In this document: positions 29,058-41,332 of the stretch, in pieces
Numbering within the stretch: position 1 is the first letter of the stretch
Layout: every line of letters starts with the position of its first letter
Notes under the pieces: model-generated
The model's input: the letters and a program-made list of their open reading frames with translations, nothing else
Database searches by the model: none
Told to the model about the DNA's origin: nothing
Program-made: the position numbers and the translations under genes
Source: an uncultured Chloroflexia bacterium
GTDB taxonomy: Bacteria; Chloroflexota; Limnocylindria; Limnocylindrales; CSP1-4
Length of the DNA: 64,000 bases
Assembly: GCA_963734535.1 (NCBI GenBank)
Contig: CAVTHS010000008.1
Span: 288,001 to 352,000, forward strand
Reading direction: 5' to 3'

Positions 29058-30755
29058 GTGGCCGGACTCGGCGCGGGCGGTGCAGCGGGCGGCGGCGGTC
29101 CGCTCGCGGGTCTCGCCGCTGCCGTCGCCGGCAACGGCCTGCTCGCGATCGCGACCGGGCTGATCGTCGGGGTCCTGGGGAGCGGCACGCTGCTGGCGAC
29201 CGGGGCGGTCCACGTCGGCGGCGGCAACGCCGCCCCGGCCGCAGCGCCGGTCGGGCTCCAGGTGATCGCCTGCCCGGATGCCGGGCCGGTGATCGGCTCG
29301 ATCCCGCGCGGCGAGAAGGTGCTCGTCACGGGCCGGAGCGCCGACGGCGCATGGCTCCAGGTCTTCTACCCGGGCCCGGCCTTCGATCGCGCCTGGACGA
29401 AGGCCGGACCGCTCCAGCTGGAGGCAGACCCGAACACGTTGCCAGTCGCCTCGTGCGAGGCGCCGGCGACCCCGACGCCGCGCCCGACCCCGGGTGCATC
29501 TACGGCAGTCGTGGCGTCCCCGGAGGCGAGCCCGTCCGTCGAGCCGTCACCCTCGCCCGCCGTGTCGCAGGCTCCGAGCCCGAGCCCGAGCCCGAGGCCG
29601 AGCCCGTCTCCGAGCCCCGGCGCGTCCCCGATCCCATCCCCGTCGCCGACACCCAAGCCAACCCCGAAGCAAGCCGCCCGTGATCGCCGCGCTCACCGCC
29701 TCGACGACCTCGCTGAGCTTCGACCAGGGCGCGTATTGCCCCTCGGCACCGAAGACCGTCACGTTCACGGTGAAGGCGTCCGACGCCGGCGGGATCACGA
29801 CCGCGACGCTGTACTGGAAGAAGCCCGGTGCGGCGGTGTACACGCCGGCGCCGATGTCGCTCGCCGGCGGATCGGCCCAGAACGGGACATGGACGGCGAC
29901 CCTCGGCACGACCGCCAACGGGATCACCACGGCGGGGAGCCTCGCGTACTACGCGATCGTGCTGGACGCGAGCGGCGCGAAGGTCAAGAGCCCCGCGACG
30001 AGCGCCCTTGCGATCCCGGTGAACGTCTGCGTGAACACCGGGCCGACCTTCGCGAGCGGTCCGTCCGCGGGAGACTCCACCCTGTACGCCGATCCGCTCC
30101 AGGCGGGTTGCGGCAGCCCGATCGGGACCGAGATCCGCGCCACGATCACCGACGTCGACGGCGTCACGTCGGCCACGCTCGTCTTCACCGACCAGTCGGG
30201 CGCGACGATCACGACGGCCGATGCAGGGCTTCGCCGGGAACCTCTGGACCTCGTTCATCAACGCGAACGACGACGGGACGCAGGCCGGCGGGAGCTTCAC
30301 GTTCCAGGTCATCGCCGTCGACACGAAGGGCGCGACCACGACGTCCGATACACAATCGATCCGGGTCGTCCGGTGCGACACCGATGCGACGTTCGACTTC
30401 GGAGGGCTGACGACGCCCGTCTACAACGAGGCGCCGCTGCACGCCGACCAGCGTCACCATCCCGGTCTTCGCCTCCGATCGCGACAATGGCGGCCGGGAC
30501 AGCAGCCGGCTCCAGGTCGTGGTCACCTGGCAGGCAACGAACCTCCGGACCGGACCGCGCGATCAGCGGCGATGCCCAGGCGGTCTTCCAGAAGGGCAAT
30601 TCGTTCCTCGCGTCCTTCCCGGTCACCGCCGACTGGCAGGCGACGGCCTACACGCTCACGTACCTCGCGACCAGCACCGACATCTACGGAGGGACGTCGA
30701 AGAGCTTCACGGGGAAGCGGAGATCAGCGTCTACGGCTGCGTGGTCCTGCAGTGA
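29058..30755 (+). CDS. Membrane-anchored SH3b-like + PS linker + tandem Ig-like protein; several frameshifts
   Basis: VIGSIPRGEKVLVTGRSADGAWLQV..AW; repeated ASD..GIT.ATL..W...YY..V.D..G modules across frames. Confidence 0.65.
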
Positions 30756-30759
30756 ATCG

Positions 30760-32320
30760 ATGACCCTTCCCCTCGGCATCCTGATCCGCTTCATCCTCGC
30801 CGCCGTGATCGGCGCGGGCGGGGCATTCGGCGTGGCCGCGGTCACGGCTCCGCCGGCGTCGAGCGCGATCCCCGGGCCGGACTCGTCGTACCAGCTGACG
30901 GCGGACACCGGAGACCAGCCCGCCGCGATGTTCGGGATCACCGCGATCCCGGACCAGACGCCGGTCAAGCTGGCCGCGCTGCCGGACGACGCGACGCTCC
31001 AGCTCGTGGCGTTCGCGGAGCCGGGCTCGGCCCCGGTGAGCAGTGACCCGGCCTACCGGCCGGCATGGCTGGCGGCGGCGGGCTTCCCGAGGGTCGTGCC
31101 GATCACCCAGTTCGACGGCGGCCCGTTGCAGGCCTCGAACTGCACGATGGCGGCCGGCGCCATGCTCGCCCGGCTGGGCTACGGGATCGTGACGACGGGC
31201 TCGCAGCTGCGCGCGCTCCAGCCCGACCAGGAGGGCGGGACGTCGCTGTCCGACCTCGCAGGTCTCGATCGGGCGCTACGGCGTCTCGTTCAGCGAGGCG
31301 GCCATCACGCCGCTGCAGCTGCGCGCGCTGCTCTACGCGGGCGCCGGCGCGGTGGTCCAGGGCACCTACGGCGACGTGCCGATCGAGCTGCGGCTCCAGA
31401 AGGACTTCACGGCCGGCCACGCCATCTACCTCGACGGGTTCCGGCCGGCATCCGCCGACGGCCCCGCCGCGTACTACGTGCTCGACCCGCTGGGGCCGAT
31501 CTGGACCGGCTACCGCGGCGGCTGGTGGCCGGCGGACGTGGTCGAAGCCTTCGCGACCGCGTTCGGCGGCGGCTTGATCAATACCGCGTGGGCCTTCCCG
31601 GGCGGCAAGACGCCCACCACATACCCGGTCCTGCCGCCGGCGGCGTACCCGTCGCCGACCCCGGTGGGGCCGCCGCCCAGCCTCGAGCCGGGCGTCACCC
31701 CGTCGCCGTCTCCGTCGGCGACCGCCGAGCTCACCGTCGCCGTCGCCGGCGCGCCCTCGCCGTCGCCGGGTGCGCCGTCGCCGTCGCCGAGCCCGCCGGT
31801 GCTCCCGACCGACAACCCGACCGTCTCGTTCCCGCCGAGCGGCCCCATCCCGCCAGCCCTGCCGCCGGACTGGTGGAACATCGGCGGGCTCCAGGTCGAG
31901 ACGCCCCAGACGATCATCAGCGTCCTGCTGGCCGCCTGCGCGACGGCGCCCGCCCCGAGCTGGTGCCCGAGCGGCATCATCGGGGTCTTCCCGCCGACGG
32001 CCACGCCGCCGCCGACGCTGCCGCCGTTCCAGACGAACTTCAACGTGGACCTGCTCTACGCGAACGCGATCTCACCGGGCCTGATGCAGGTGATCTTCAC
32101 GACGCCGAGCGGTTCGACGCCCGCGCTCCAGTTCTGGGACTCGAGCTCGCCGACCGGCAAGCTCAGCCTCGCGCCGTCGGTCGAGCCGGCCCTCCTCAAC
32201 GGGAAGCTGGTCCAGGTGGCCCAGTTCCCGATCTCGCAGGGCGGCACGTACGACTTCATCGCCTCGGCCGCCGGCACCGGCGTGAAGGCGCTCAGCCTGG
32301 TGGGCACGATCGGGCAGTAG
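30760..32320 (+). CDS. Secreted C39/papain-like cysteine peptidase domain protein; frameshift near 31260
   Basis: TQFD..NCTMAAGAM (Cys), GHAIYL (His), YVLDPL (Asp); Pro/Ser linker. Confidence 0.7.
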
Positions 32321-32415
32321 CCGCACACGCGATCGCGGCGGTGGTCGCGGCCACGCCGCGGCCGCGAGCGGTCGCGCGCCGTCCGCACCGCACGGCGCCG
32401 CGCCGCCGTCCGGCG

Positions 32416-35400
32416 TCACCCGGCCGTGACGCCGCGCCTCCGCTCGAGCATGCCCTTCCCGCCGTCGACCAGCGAGTACACGACCGGCACGACGATCAGG
32501 GTCAGGAACGTCGACGAGAAGAGGCCGCCGATCACGACCGTGCCGAGCTCCGCGGCGATGATCGAGCCCTGGTTGAAGCCCGCCGCGAGCGGGATCAGGG
32601 CCAGGATCGTGGCGATCGCCGTCATGAGGATCGGCCGCACGCGGCGTCTTGCCGCCCTCGATGAGCGCGTCGGTCGTGGACAGCCCGCTTCGACGCAACC
32701 GCTCCACGAGGTCGAGCAGGACGATCGCGTTCGTGACCACGATCCCGATCAGCATCAGGATCCCGATGAGCGCGCTCACGCCGATCGCCCGGCCCGTCAG
32801 GAGCAGCGCCGGGAAGACGCCGATCGCCGCGAGCGGGAGGCTGAACATGATCACGAACGGGGTCACCAGGCTGTTGAACGCCAGGACCATCATCACGTAG
32901 ACGAGCAGGACCGCGATCGCCATCGAGTTGAAGAGCCCGCCGAACGCCTGGCCCTGCTGCTGGGTGACGCCGGAGAACCGCACGTCGACGCCCGGCCGGG
33001 ATCGTGCCCGACGTCTTCAGCGCGTCGACTGCGACCTGCGCGGACCGCGAGACGCCGCCGGTGTCCTTGCTCGTGATGTCGGCCGTGATCGAGGCGGACG
33101 GCGCCTGGTCGATCCGGGTGATGCTGCCCTGCGTCGCCACCTCGGCCACGTCCGCCACGGAGCTCAGCGCAACCTTCGCGCCCGTTCCGACCGGGAGCGC
33201 CTGGAGCGCCTCCACGCTGGTGACGCGCGCCGGGTCGAGCCGGACGTAGAGGTCGATCGGGCCGCCGTCGGCGAGCTGGACGCGCGTGACGAGCGAGCCG
33301 ACGAGCGCCGAGCGCACCTGGCCCGCGATCTGCGCCGCGGTCAGGCCGGCATCGAGCGCCTTGTTCGGGTCGACCCGGATGTCGATCTGCGGCGTTGCCT
33401 TGACGAGGTCCGACTTCACGTTGGACCAGGTCCGGGTTGCTCCGGAGCGCCCCGATCACCGCGTCGGTGGCGGCGGCGACGGCCGTCGTGTCCTGCGCGC
33501 TGACGATGATCGAGAGGCCGTTCGAGGTGAAGCCGAACGCCTGGCCGACGGCGACGTCGAAGCCGTTGGTCTTCAGCGGCGCGAGGTCGGTCCCGACCTT
33601 CGTGGTGTAGGCGTCGAGGTCGACGTCGCTCGCGAGGCGCACCACCATCGTGGCGCTGTTGGCGGGTCGGCCGGAGAAGGCCGCCGAGAGCGTGGACGCC
33701 GCCCGTGTCCCCCTCGCCCGGCACTGTCGTCTCCACGAGCTGCACCTTCGGGTCGGCGCGCAGGATCGTCTCCGCCTTCGTCGCCGCGGCGAGGACCGAC
33801 TCCCCGGTGACCCCCGCCGGTGGGACGATGCTCACCTGGAGGACCTTCTCCGATCCGGTCGAGATGAACTGCGTCGGGAGGCGCCCCACGATCGAGACGG
33901 ACCCGAAGAAGAGGAGCGTCGCGAGCCCGAGGACGCCGAGCTTGGTCCGGCGGTCGCGCAGCACGAAACGGATCGTCGGCGCGTAGGCGCGCACCCAGAG
34001 CGAGTTCTTCGGCTCGCCGGTCTCGTCGACCGCGAGCTTCACGCGATCGATGAACAGGTAGGCGAGGATCGGGATGATCGTCAGCGCGCACACCAGCGAG
34101 GCGAGCAGCGCGAACGTCACGGTGAGCGCGAAGGGCAGGAAGAACTCGCTGACGATGCCGCCCACGAACCCGATCGGCAGGAAGACCGCCACGGTCGTGA
34201 GCGTCGAGCTGGTGATCGCGCCGGCCACCTCGCGCGGGCCGTTGAGGACGGCTGTCAGCCGGTCCTCGCCCAGCGCCCGGTGGCGGTAGATGTTCTCGAG
34301 GACGACGATCGCGTCGTCCACCACCCGCCCCACGGCGACGGCGAGACCACCCAGGGTCATGATGTTGAGCGTGATCCCCGTCACCTGCATGACCACGAGC
34401 GCGGTCAGCACGGAGAGCGGGATGCTCACGGCGGCCACGAGCGTCGAGCGGAGGCTGAACAGGAACAGGAAGATCGTGAGCACCGCGAACAGGGCGCCCA
34501 GGCCGCCTTCGCGGAGCAGGCCGTCCCGCGATTCCTTGATGAACGTCGAGAGGTCGGAGACGGTGACGACCGTGAGCTCCGGGTGGAGCGCACCGATCTC
34601 CTTCAGCTTCGCCTGCACCGCGTCGGCGACCTCGACCGTGTTGGCGTTCGCGTTCTTGCTCGACCGTGATCGTCAGCGACGGCTCGCCGTCCGTCCGCGC
34701 GTAGCCGGTCGTCGCGACCTGGGCAACGTCGACCGTGCCGATGTCGGCGATGCGGATCCGGATCGGGGCGGCGGGCGCGGCCGGGATTGCCGACTTCGCC
34801 GCCGCGACCAGGCCGAGGATGTCGGGGACGGTCGTGAAGCCGCCCGACGCCGATCCCGCTGCGGGGGCGCCGCTGCCCGCTCCCGCGGCGGGGGTCGCGC
34901 GCCGCACGCTCACGACGAGATTGCGGACCTGGTCGAGCGTGGTGAACGAGCCCGACGTGGAGACGGGGATCCGGCTTGTGCCGGTCGGGAGCTGGCCGGC
35001 CGGAAGGGTCAGGTTGTTGGCGGTGAGCACGCCCTGGACCTGGTCGATCGAGACGCCGGCGATCGCCATCCTGGTCGGGTCGAGCGTCACCATCAGGCGC
35101 GACGTGAGTCCGCCCGCGAGGTCGACCGACGCGACGCCGTCGAGCGCCTGGAGATCGGGCACGACCTCGGCCGCGGCCACCTTGGCGGCCGCCCGTCTGG
35201 CCGTCCGCGCCGGTACCGAAGATCGAGGCGATGATGACCGGCGATGCGTTGATGTCCAGGGAGTTGACCTGCGGCGTGACGTTCGCGGGCAGCTTCAGCG
35301 CCGTGATGTTCTGGACGATGGCCGCCTTCGTGTCCTTGACGTTCGTCCCGTAGGAGAACTGGGCGACCACGAGGGCGATCGAGTTGGCCGAGGTCGACTG

Positions 35401-35643
35401 GACCCGCTCGAGGCGCGGGATCCCGGAGATCGCTCGTTCGATCGGCTTCGCGATCTGGTCGGCGACGTCGGAGGCGCCTGCCCCCGGGTCCGCCGCGACC
35501 ACCGTGATCACGGGCAGCTCGATGTCCGGGAGCAGCTCCTGCTTGAGGCTGCCCCACGCGGAGATGCCGGCGATGAACAGGGCGATGGCGAGCAGGAGCG
35601 CGACGCTCCGCTTGCTGACGGCAAGCTCGCTGAGTCGACTCAC
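32416..35643 (-). CDS. RND (AcrB/SwrC-like) efflux transporter; about 6 frameshifts
   Basis: KQELLPDI, GRVVDDAIVVLENI, GIVVTNAIVL, RPILMTA. Confidence 0.88.
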
Positions 35644-36191
35644 GAGTGGTCTCCCGGAAGCGTGGAACCGTGTGGTTGGCGAGAACCGGCTTGGACACCG
35701 GTGATCGGGAACTCGTCGTCCGCGGCGGCTGCCAGCAGGCGCGTGGCGCGCTCGACGACGTCGAGCTCGGCGTCCTCGAGGCGGGCGAGAAGCCGCCGCA
35801 TCTGGGCCGCGTTGAGCTCGCGGAAGCGCTCGAGGTGGCCGCTCCCGGTGGCGGTGATCGTGACCACCACCTGGCGCCGGTCGGCGGGGTCGTCGTGCCT
35901 GGCGAGAAGCCCGTGGTCGACCAGCCGATCGACGAGCCCGCTCATCGTGGAGATCGACACCCCGAGGTGGACGGCGAGCTCCGACATCCGCATCCCCTGC
36001 CCCGCGGCGACCAGGTACATCACCTTGGCCTGGGACATCGTCACCCCGACCTCCATCAGGTCCGGCGCATGCGATGACGCGATGCGATGCATGAGCAGCT
36101 CGTAGGACACGATGACGCGATCGATCCGCGCGCCGCGGCCGGCGTCGTCGGACGGCATGGTTGCGTGGGTTCCCTCCGTGATCGTTGGCAT
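35640..36191 (-). CDS. MarR family regulator
   Basis: MSELA..LGVSISTMSGLVDRLV..D.ADRRQVVV. Confidence 0.9.
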   Translation of the reverse strand: MPTITEGTHATMPSDDAGRGARIDRVIVSYELLMHRIASSHAPDLMEVGVTMSQAKVMYLVAAGQGMRMSELAVHLGVSISTMSGLVDRLVDHGLLARHDDPADRRQVVVTITATGSGHLERFRELNAAQMRRLLARLEDAELDVVERATRLLAAAADDEFPITGVQAGSRQPHGSTLPGDHS

Positions 36192-36299
36192 CGTGCAAAC
36201 TATATCGAAGATGCGAAGGAATTGGATTGGTCCGTTCGCGTGGGCGCGAACCCGGTTCGCGGCGTCGAGTCGCGCCCGGCGACCGGCTACGATCCGCCG

Positions 36300-37670
36300 G
36301 TGACGCAGAACCCCGCCCCAACCCGGTCCGCACAGACGGCGCCGCCCGTGCTCGCGGCTCCGGCACCCGTCGCCGCACCGGCCGGGTCCGGCGTCGAGAT
36401 CCCGCGAACGATCCCGGCCGCGGTCGCGCGGCGCTTTCTCGCCCTCCGCCACCTGCTCGCACCGCCGCGGGCGTTGCCCGCCGGCGAGCAGAGCGTCATG
36501 GACGTGGTCGAACGCCTCGGCTCGCTCCAGTTCGACCCGCTCGAGATCGCCGGTCGAAACCACGACCTGGTGCTCCAGGCGCGGATTGCCGGCTATCGCC
36601 GCGAGATCACGGACACGCTCCTGTACGAGCGGCGGCTCCTGTTCGAGGCGTACAACAAGGGCCTGAGCATCCTGCCGACCGCGGAGCTGCCGCTCTACCG
36701 GCTGACCTGGGATCACGCACGCATCCGGCACGACGGCGCCGCCTTCGACGAGCACGCGCCGCTCGTGGAGGAGCTGCTGGCCCGAATCCGCCGGGACGGT
36801 CGCCTGTCGTCCACGGACATCGAGTCGCGCGCCGCGATCGACTGGTACTGGCGCCCCACGAATCCGGTCCGCGCGATCCTCGAAGCGCTCGCCGAGGCGG
36901 GAATCCTGGCAATCGCTCGCCGGGACGGCAACCGGCGCAGCTACGACCTGGCCGAGCGCCTCTTCCCGGTCGATCTCCTCGCGGAGCGCCCATCCGTCCG
37001 CGAGCAGGCCCGGCACCGGCTGCTCTCGCGGTATCGGGCGAACGGCCTGCTCGGCGCCGCCGGCCAGGCCGAGCTCTGGATCGGCACGGGCCGTGCCGCA
37101 CCCGACCCCGCCCGGCCCGACCTCCCCACGCGAACCGAGCTCCGGGCGGAGCTCCTGGCCGATGGGTCGCTCACCGCGGTCAGCGTGGAGGGGCTGCGCG
37201 GCCCGCGCCTCATCGTCGCGTCCGACGTCGCGTGGCTCGGCCGGGCGATCGACGAGGTGGCTGCCGGTGCCCCTCCCGGCGGCGCGGCGCCTGCCGTGAG
37301 CTTCCTCGCGCCCCTCGACCCGTTCTGCTGGGATCGCGACCTCCTGCGAGGGCTGTTCGGCTTCGACTATGTCTGGGAGGTCTACGTCCCGCAGGCGAAG
37401 CGGCGCTGGGGTTATTACGTCCTGCCGATCCTGTTCGGCGATCGGCTCGTGGGCCGGATCGAGCCGCGCTTCGACCGTGCGGCCCGGGCGGTCCGCCTTC
37501 TCGGCACCTGGTGGGAGGCGGGCTTCGATCCGCTCGCGACCGAGGGATTCGTGCCGGCGTTCACCGCCGCGCTGGACGCCTACCGGGCCTTCGGACGGGC
37601 GACCCGCGTCACCTTTCCGCGCGATCGGGCGAACCGGGCGCTCGCCGGCGCGGTGGCCCGGGCCGGTTGA
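36300..37670 (+). CDS. YcaQ/AlkZ-family winged-helix DNA crosslink glycosylase
   Basis: LQFDPL, LAPLDP..WDR, FDYVWEVYVPQAKRRWGYYVLPIL.GDRLVGR. Confidence 0.88.
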   Translation: MTQNPAPTRSAQTAPPVLAAPAPVAAPAGSGVEIPRTIPAAVARRFLALRHLLAPPRALPAGEQSVMDVVERLGSLQFDPLEIAGRNHDLVLQARIAGYRREITDTLLYERRLLFEAYNKGLSILPTAELPLYRLTWDHARIRHDGAAFDEHAPLVEELLARIRRDGRLSSTDIESRAAIDWYWRPTNPVRAILEALAEAGILAIARRDGNRRSYDLAERLFPVDLLAERPSVREQARHRLLSRYRANGLLGAAGQAELWIGTGRAAPDPARPDLPTRTELRAELLADGSLTAVSVEGLRGPRLIVASDVAWLGRAIDEVAAGAPPGGAAPAVSFLAPLDPFCWDRDLLRGLFGFDYVWEVYVPQAKRRWGYYVLPILFGDRLVGRIEPRFDRAARAVRLLGTWWEAGFDPLATEGFVPAFTAALDAYRAFGRATRVTFPRDRANRALAGAVARAG

Positions 37671-37673
37671 GGA

Positions 37674-38573
37674 TCAGGCCGAGACGCTGACGGGCGACGA
37701 CCAGGTCCCGACGTTGCCCGCCCGGTCGCGTGCCCGGACGCGGATGGCAATGCGGTGGCCGACCGCCACGGAGCTCGACCACGAGTGAGTCGTGGTCGAG
37801 GTTCGGACGAAGGCCCAGGCGCCGCCGTCAACCCGGCGCTGAACGTCGAACGAGCGGAGCCCGGCGGTGAGCGCGGCCAGCGGCCGGTCGTCGCCGACCC
37901 AGCTCCAGGTCACCTGGAGTGCCTGGTGCAGCCCTGCGAGCGTGATCAGCGAGCCCCTCGCCGGCGCGCTCATCTTCGCCCACGGCGGCGTGCGGTCCGG
38001 GCCCCGGAGGAAGATCGCGGTCCAGTAGCGGTCGCCGGTGGCGGTGATGCCCAGGCCGAGGCCGAAGTAGTTGAAGGTGCTGGAGCGGATGATCGCTATG
38101 TGTTCGGGTGACGTCATCCAGCCCTGGTTGACGACACGCATGGAGTCGCCGAGCGTCGGGTAGTTGTTCCAGCCGATCGTCTCGCCAAGTCCATACCAGC
38201 GGATGCCGTTCGCCGTGATCAGGTCGACCATCGTCCGTCCGTCCGACTGGACGTGGCTGAGCTGGCCGGTCGCGGCCATCGAGGCGGAGCGTTCGTGCGC
38301 GATGGCGGAGAGCCGGGCGTCGAGGCGGAGGGCCGGGAGTCCCACGGCCGCGCGATCCGCGTTGATCATGGCCACCAGGGCCATCTCGGCGGTGGCCGGG
38401 CTCATGTCGGCGGCCTCGGCGGTCATCAAGATCGAACTCGTCGCAGCACGCACCGAGGGCGCGGCGATGCCGGCCGGCGCAACCAACGCCCCGAGGGCGA
38501 TGACGAAAGCGAGGGCGAGCGGCGCACGAACAGCCCGGGGTTGGGCCGACCGCGTAAAGCGATTGCAGCGCAA
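37674..38573 (-). CDS. Secreted CAP (SCP) domain protein with C-terminal Fn3-like segment
   Basis: INADR..GL..L, GETIG, WMTSPEH; RVRARDRAGN; TTG start 6 nt after TACCAT. Confidence 0.8.
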   Translation of the reverse strand: MRCNRFTRSAQPRAVRAPLALAFVIALGALVAPAGIAAPSVRAATSSILMTAEAADMSPATAEMALVAMINADRAAVGLPALRLDARLSAIAHERSASMAATGQLSHVQSDGRTMVDLITANGIRWYGLGETIGWNNYPTLGDSMRVVNQGWMTSPEHIAIIRSSTFNYFGLGLGITATGDRYWTAIFLRGPDRTPPWAKMSAPARGSLITLAGLHQALQVTWSWVGDDRPLAALTAGLRSFDVQRRVDGGAWAFVRTSTTTHSWSSSVAVGHRIAIRVRARDRAGNVGTWSSPVSVSA

Positions 38574-38700
38574 GGCGCAATGGTACGCCGGACTCCCTGG
38601 TGTCGTGGCCCCGACAGCGCAACTCGTGTCCACGGACGCCCGGGTGACGCCTGTGGGACGATCATCGCGCGACGAAACCCAACCCCACGCGGAGGACCCG

Positions 38701-39145
38701 ATGGCAGCAGTACGACGCGCAGAAGCCTCCTGGACCGGCTCCCTCGCCGAGGGGAGCGGCATGATCAACTACGTGACGAGCGGCTCGATCACGCGGCTAC
38801 CGGTGACATGGGCCTCGCGAACGGAAGAGCCCAATGGACGGACCAGCCCGGAGGAGCTGGTCGCGGCCGCCCATGCAAGCTGCTTCGCGATGGCGTTCTC
38901 CGGGGGCCTCGGCCGCAATGGGACCCCGCCGACATCGCTCGCGGTCAGCGCAACCGTCACGTTCGACAAGCTGGAGGCCGGCTGGCGGATCGTCTCGTCC
39001 GCCCTCACGGTCCGGGGCGTCGTCCCGGGGATCGACGCCGCCACGTTCACGACGCTCGCCGAGGCGGCCAAAGACGGCTGCCCGATCTCCGTCGATGATG
39101 CAAGGGAACGTCGCGCTCTCGGTCGAGGCGACGCTGGAGGGCTGA
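38701..39145 (+). CDS. osmC: OsmC family peroxiredoxin; frameshift near 39095
   Basis: TSPEELVAAAHASCFAMA, AKDGCPIS. Confidence 0.88.
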
Positions 39146-39184
39146 TCGCCCGATCGGGTCAATGGGCCGCTGCGACGGGCCGGA

Positions 39185-40127
39185 TCAGCCGATCGTCAGG
39201 AGGCGGCGCGGGTTCGTCTCGGTCATCTGCCGGATCTCCGTCTCGCCGACCCCCGCAGCGCGCAGGTGCGGCAGGAACGTCTCCTGGACGGTACGTGTAG
39301 CCGTTCCCCCCGTAGTGGCGGAGCTGCTCGTTGTGGCAGACGTCCTGCGAGAGCAGGACGCGGTCGGCCCTGCCGCGGCCGAGCAGGTCGAGCAGGAGCG
39401 GGATGAGCCGCGGCTCGGCGAGGCGCTCCTGGGGCGTGAACAACATGCCCAGGAAGTCGAGCTCGATGTTTGCGCCGCGCTCCAGGATCGCCAGCCAGTA
39501 GTCGAGCCGCGGGTGGGAGTCGGCGTGGCCGATCACCACGCGGCCCGGGTCGACGCCCGCCTCCTCGAGGACGCGCAGCTGGGCGAGGCCCACGTCGCTC
39601 ATCACGGCATGCGTCATCACCGCCAGACCCGTCGCCTGCGATGCGCGCCCGACGGCGCGAAACACGCGCTCCTCCTGGGCCGACAGCCATGGCTTGTCCG
39701 ACCCGATCTCGCCGATGATCCCGGGCCGGACGTCCGTCCCCTCGGCCCCACCGAGGATCTCGTCCACGAGGATGTCGGACAGCTCCGCGACGGAACGGCG
39801 GTCGACGAGCGCATCCGGCGGGTAGTACGCGCCGCGGTACCACCCGCACCCCATCACCAGGTGGAGTCCCGAGGCTTCGGCCAGCCTGCGGAGTCGCAGC
39901 GGGTCGCGCCCGATCGCGGCGAGCGTGACGTCCACGAGGCACGTCCCGCCGAGCTCACCGAACCGGGCGAGCTCCGGCAGGATGAGGTCGTCCTCGCCGG
40001 TCAGCTCCCAGTAGTCCCAGCGGCCGGGTATCTGCCAGAGCACGCAGCGGGTGTGCTCGTGCGGAAGCGTGAATCCGAGCGCGTCCGGCGGGACCGGGCC
40101 CAGGACGGTCTGGACGTGCGGCGTCAT
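39185..40127 (-). CDS. Phosphotriesterase-related amidohydrolase; frameshift near 39295
   Basis: VQTVLGP, HEH, GEIG, IGHAD, LLSQD, NPRRLL. Confidence 0.88.
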
Positions 40128-40298
40128 CGGCCGATCATAGGCGTGTCACGCGCGCTCCAGCGTGGTTGCGCGCTCCGCGTTGTCCAGCCGGCACATTCGG
40201 CCTATAGTCCGGCGCAGCCACGGGGTGGAGGGGCTCGCGGCCGACAGAGGCTACATGGCTGCCCAAGGCGGGTTGCCCTCGTGGAGGAGGAGGTCGCA

Positions 40299-41251
40299 AT
40301 GCAGACGAAGCGCCAATTCGTGGCGCTCCTGGCCGTGTTCGGGCTCGCGCTCGGCGCGTGCTCGAGCGGTGCCAGCCCAACGCCGGCTCCGAGCGCGGCG
40401 CCGTCGGTGGCGCCCTCGACCGCGGCAAGCGCCGCCGCAAGCACTGCGCCGAGCGCGGCGCCGAGCGTCGCCGCCACCGTCGATCCGAGCTCGCTCCTCG
40501 GCAAGGTCCTGGCAAAGGGCACCATCGTGATGTCGACGGACCCGCAGTACCCGCCCCAGTCGTCCCTGAAGTCCGACGGGACGTACGAGGGCTTCGACAT
40601 CGACGTCGGGACGGAGATCGCAAAGCGGCTCGGCGTCAAGATCCGTTCCAGACTCCAGACTGGAACATCATCACCGCCGGCTCCTGGTCCGGGCGCTGGG
40701 ACTTCAGCGTCGGCTCCATGACGATCACGACGCCGCGCGAGAAGGTTCTTGCCTTCAGCAAGCCGTACTACTACACCCCGGCCCAGATCGCCGCGTCCAA
40801 GGTCTCGGGCATCACGACGCTCGATGGGTTCGCCGGCAAGACGATCTGCGTCGGCGAGGCGACGACCTACTTCGACTGGATGAGCGGGACGCTCGACCTG
40901 GGGTCGTACACCCCGCCGACGAAGCCGCCCACCGGTTCGAAGGTCACCACGCTCTCCACGGACCGGCTCTGCGCCGAGGCGTGGAAGGCCGGCCGCAAGG
41001 ACTTCGAGGGCTGGCTCAGCTCCTCGACGACGGTCGACCAGGCGGTCAAGGACGGCCTGCCGCTCGTGAAGGTCGGCGACCCCGTCTACTACGAGCCGCT
41101 CGGCGTCGCGTTCGACAAGAGCGGGCCCGATCCGACGGGCATGGTCGCCAAGGTCAACGAGATCCTCGACGCCATGCGGGCGGACGGGACCCTCACGGGC
41201 TTCGCCACCAAGTGGTTCGGCATCGACCTGTCCGTCGCGCCGGGCGCCTGA
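40299..41251 (+). CDS. Polar amino-acid ABC transporter substrate-binding lipoprotein; frameshift near 40645
   Basis: Lipobox LGAC, TDPQYPPQS, GFDIDV, SMTIT..R, M.ADGTL. Confidence 0.88.
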
Positions 41252-41266
41252 CCACCACGCGCCGAT

Positions 41267-41300
41267 TCGACGGGGCGCCCGATGCCGGGCGCCCCGTCGA
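41267..41300 (+). other. Intergenic stem-loop after the binding-protein gene
   Basis: TCGACGGGGCGCCC-gatgcc-GGGCGCCCCGTCGA, 14-bp stem. Confidence 0.65.
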
Positions 41301-41332
41301 CGTTTCCGGGACCGAACGGGAGGGAGGACCAG

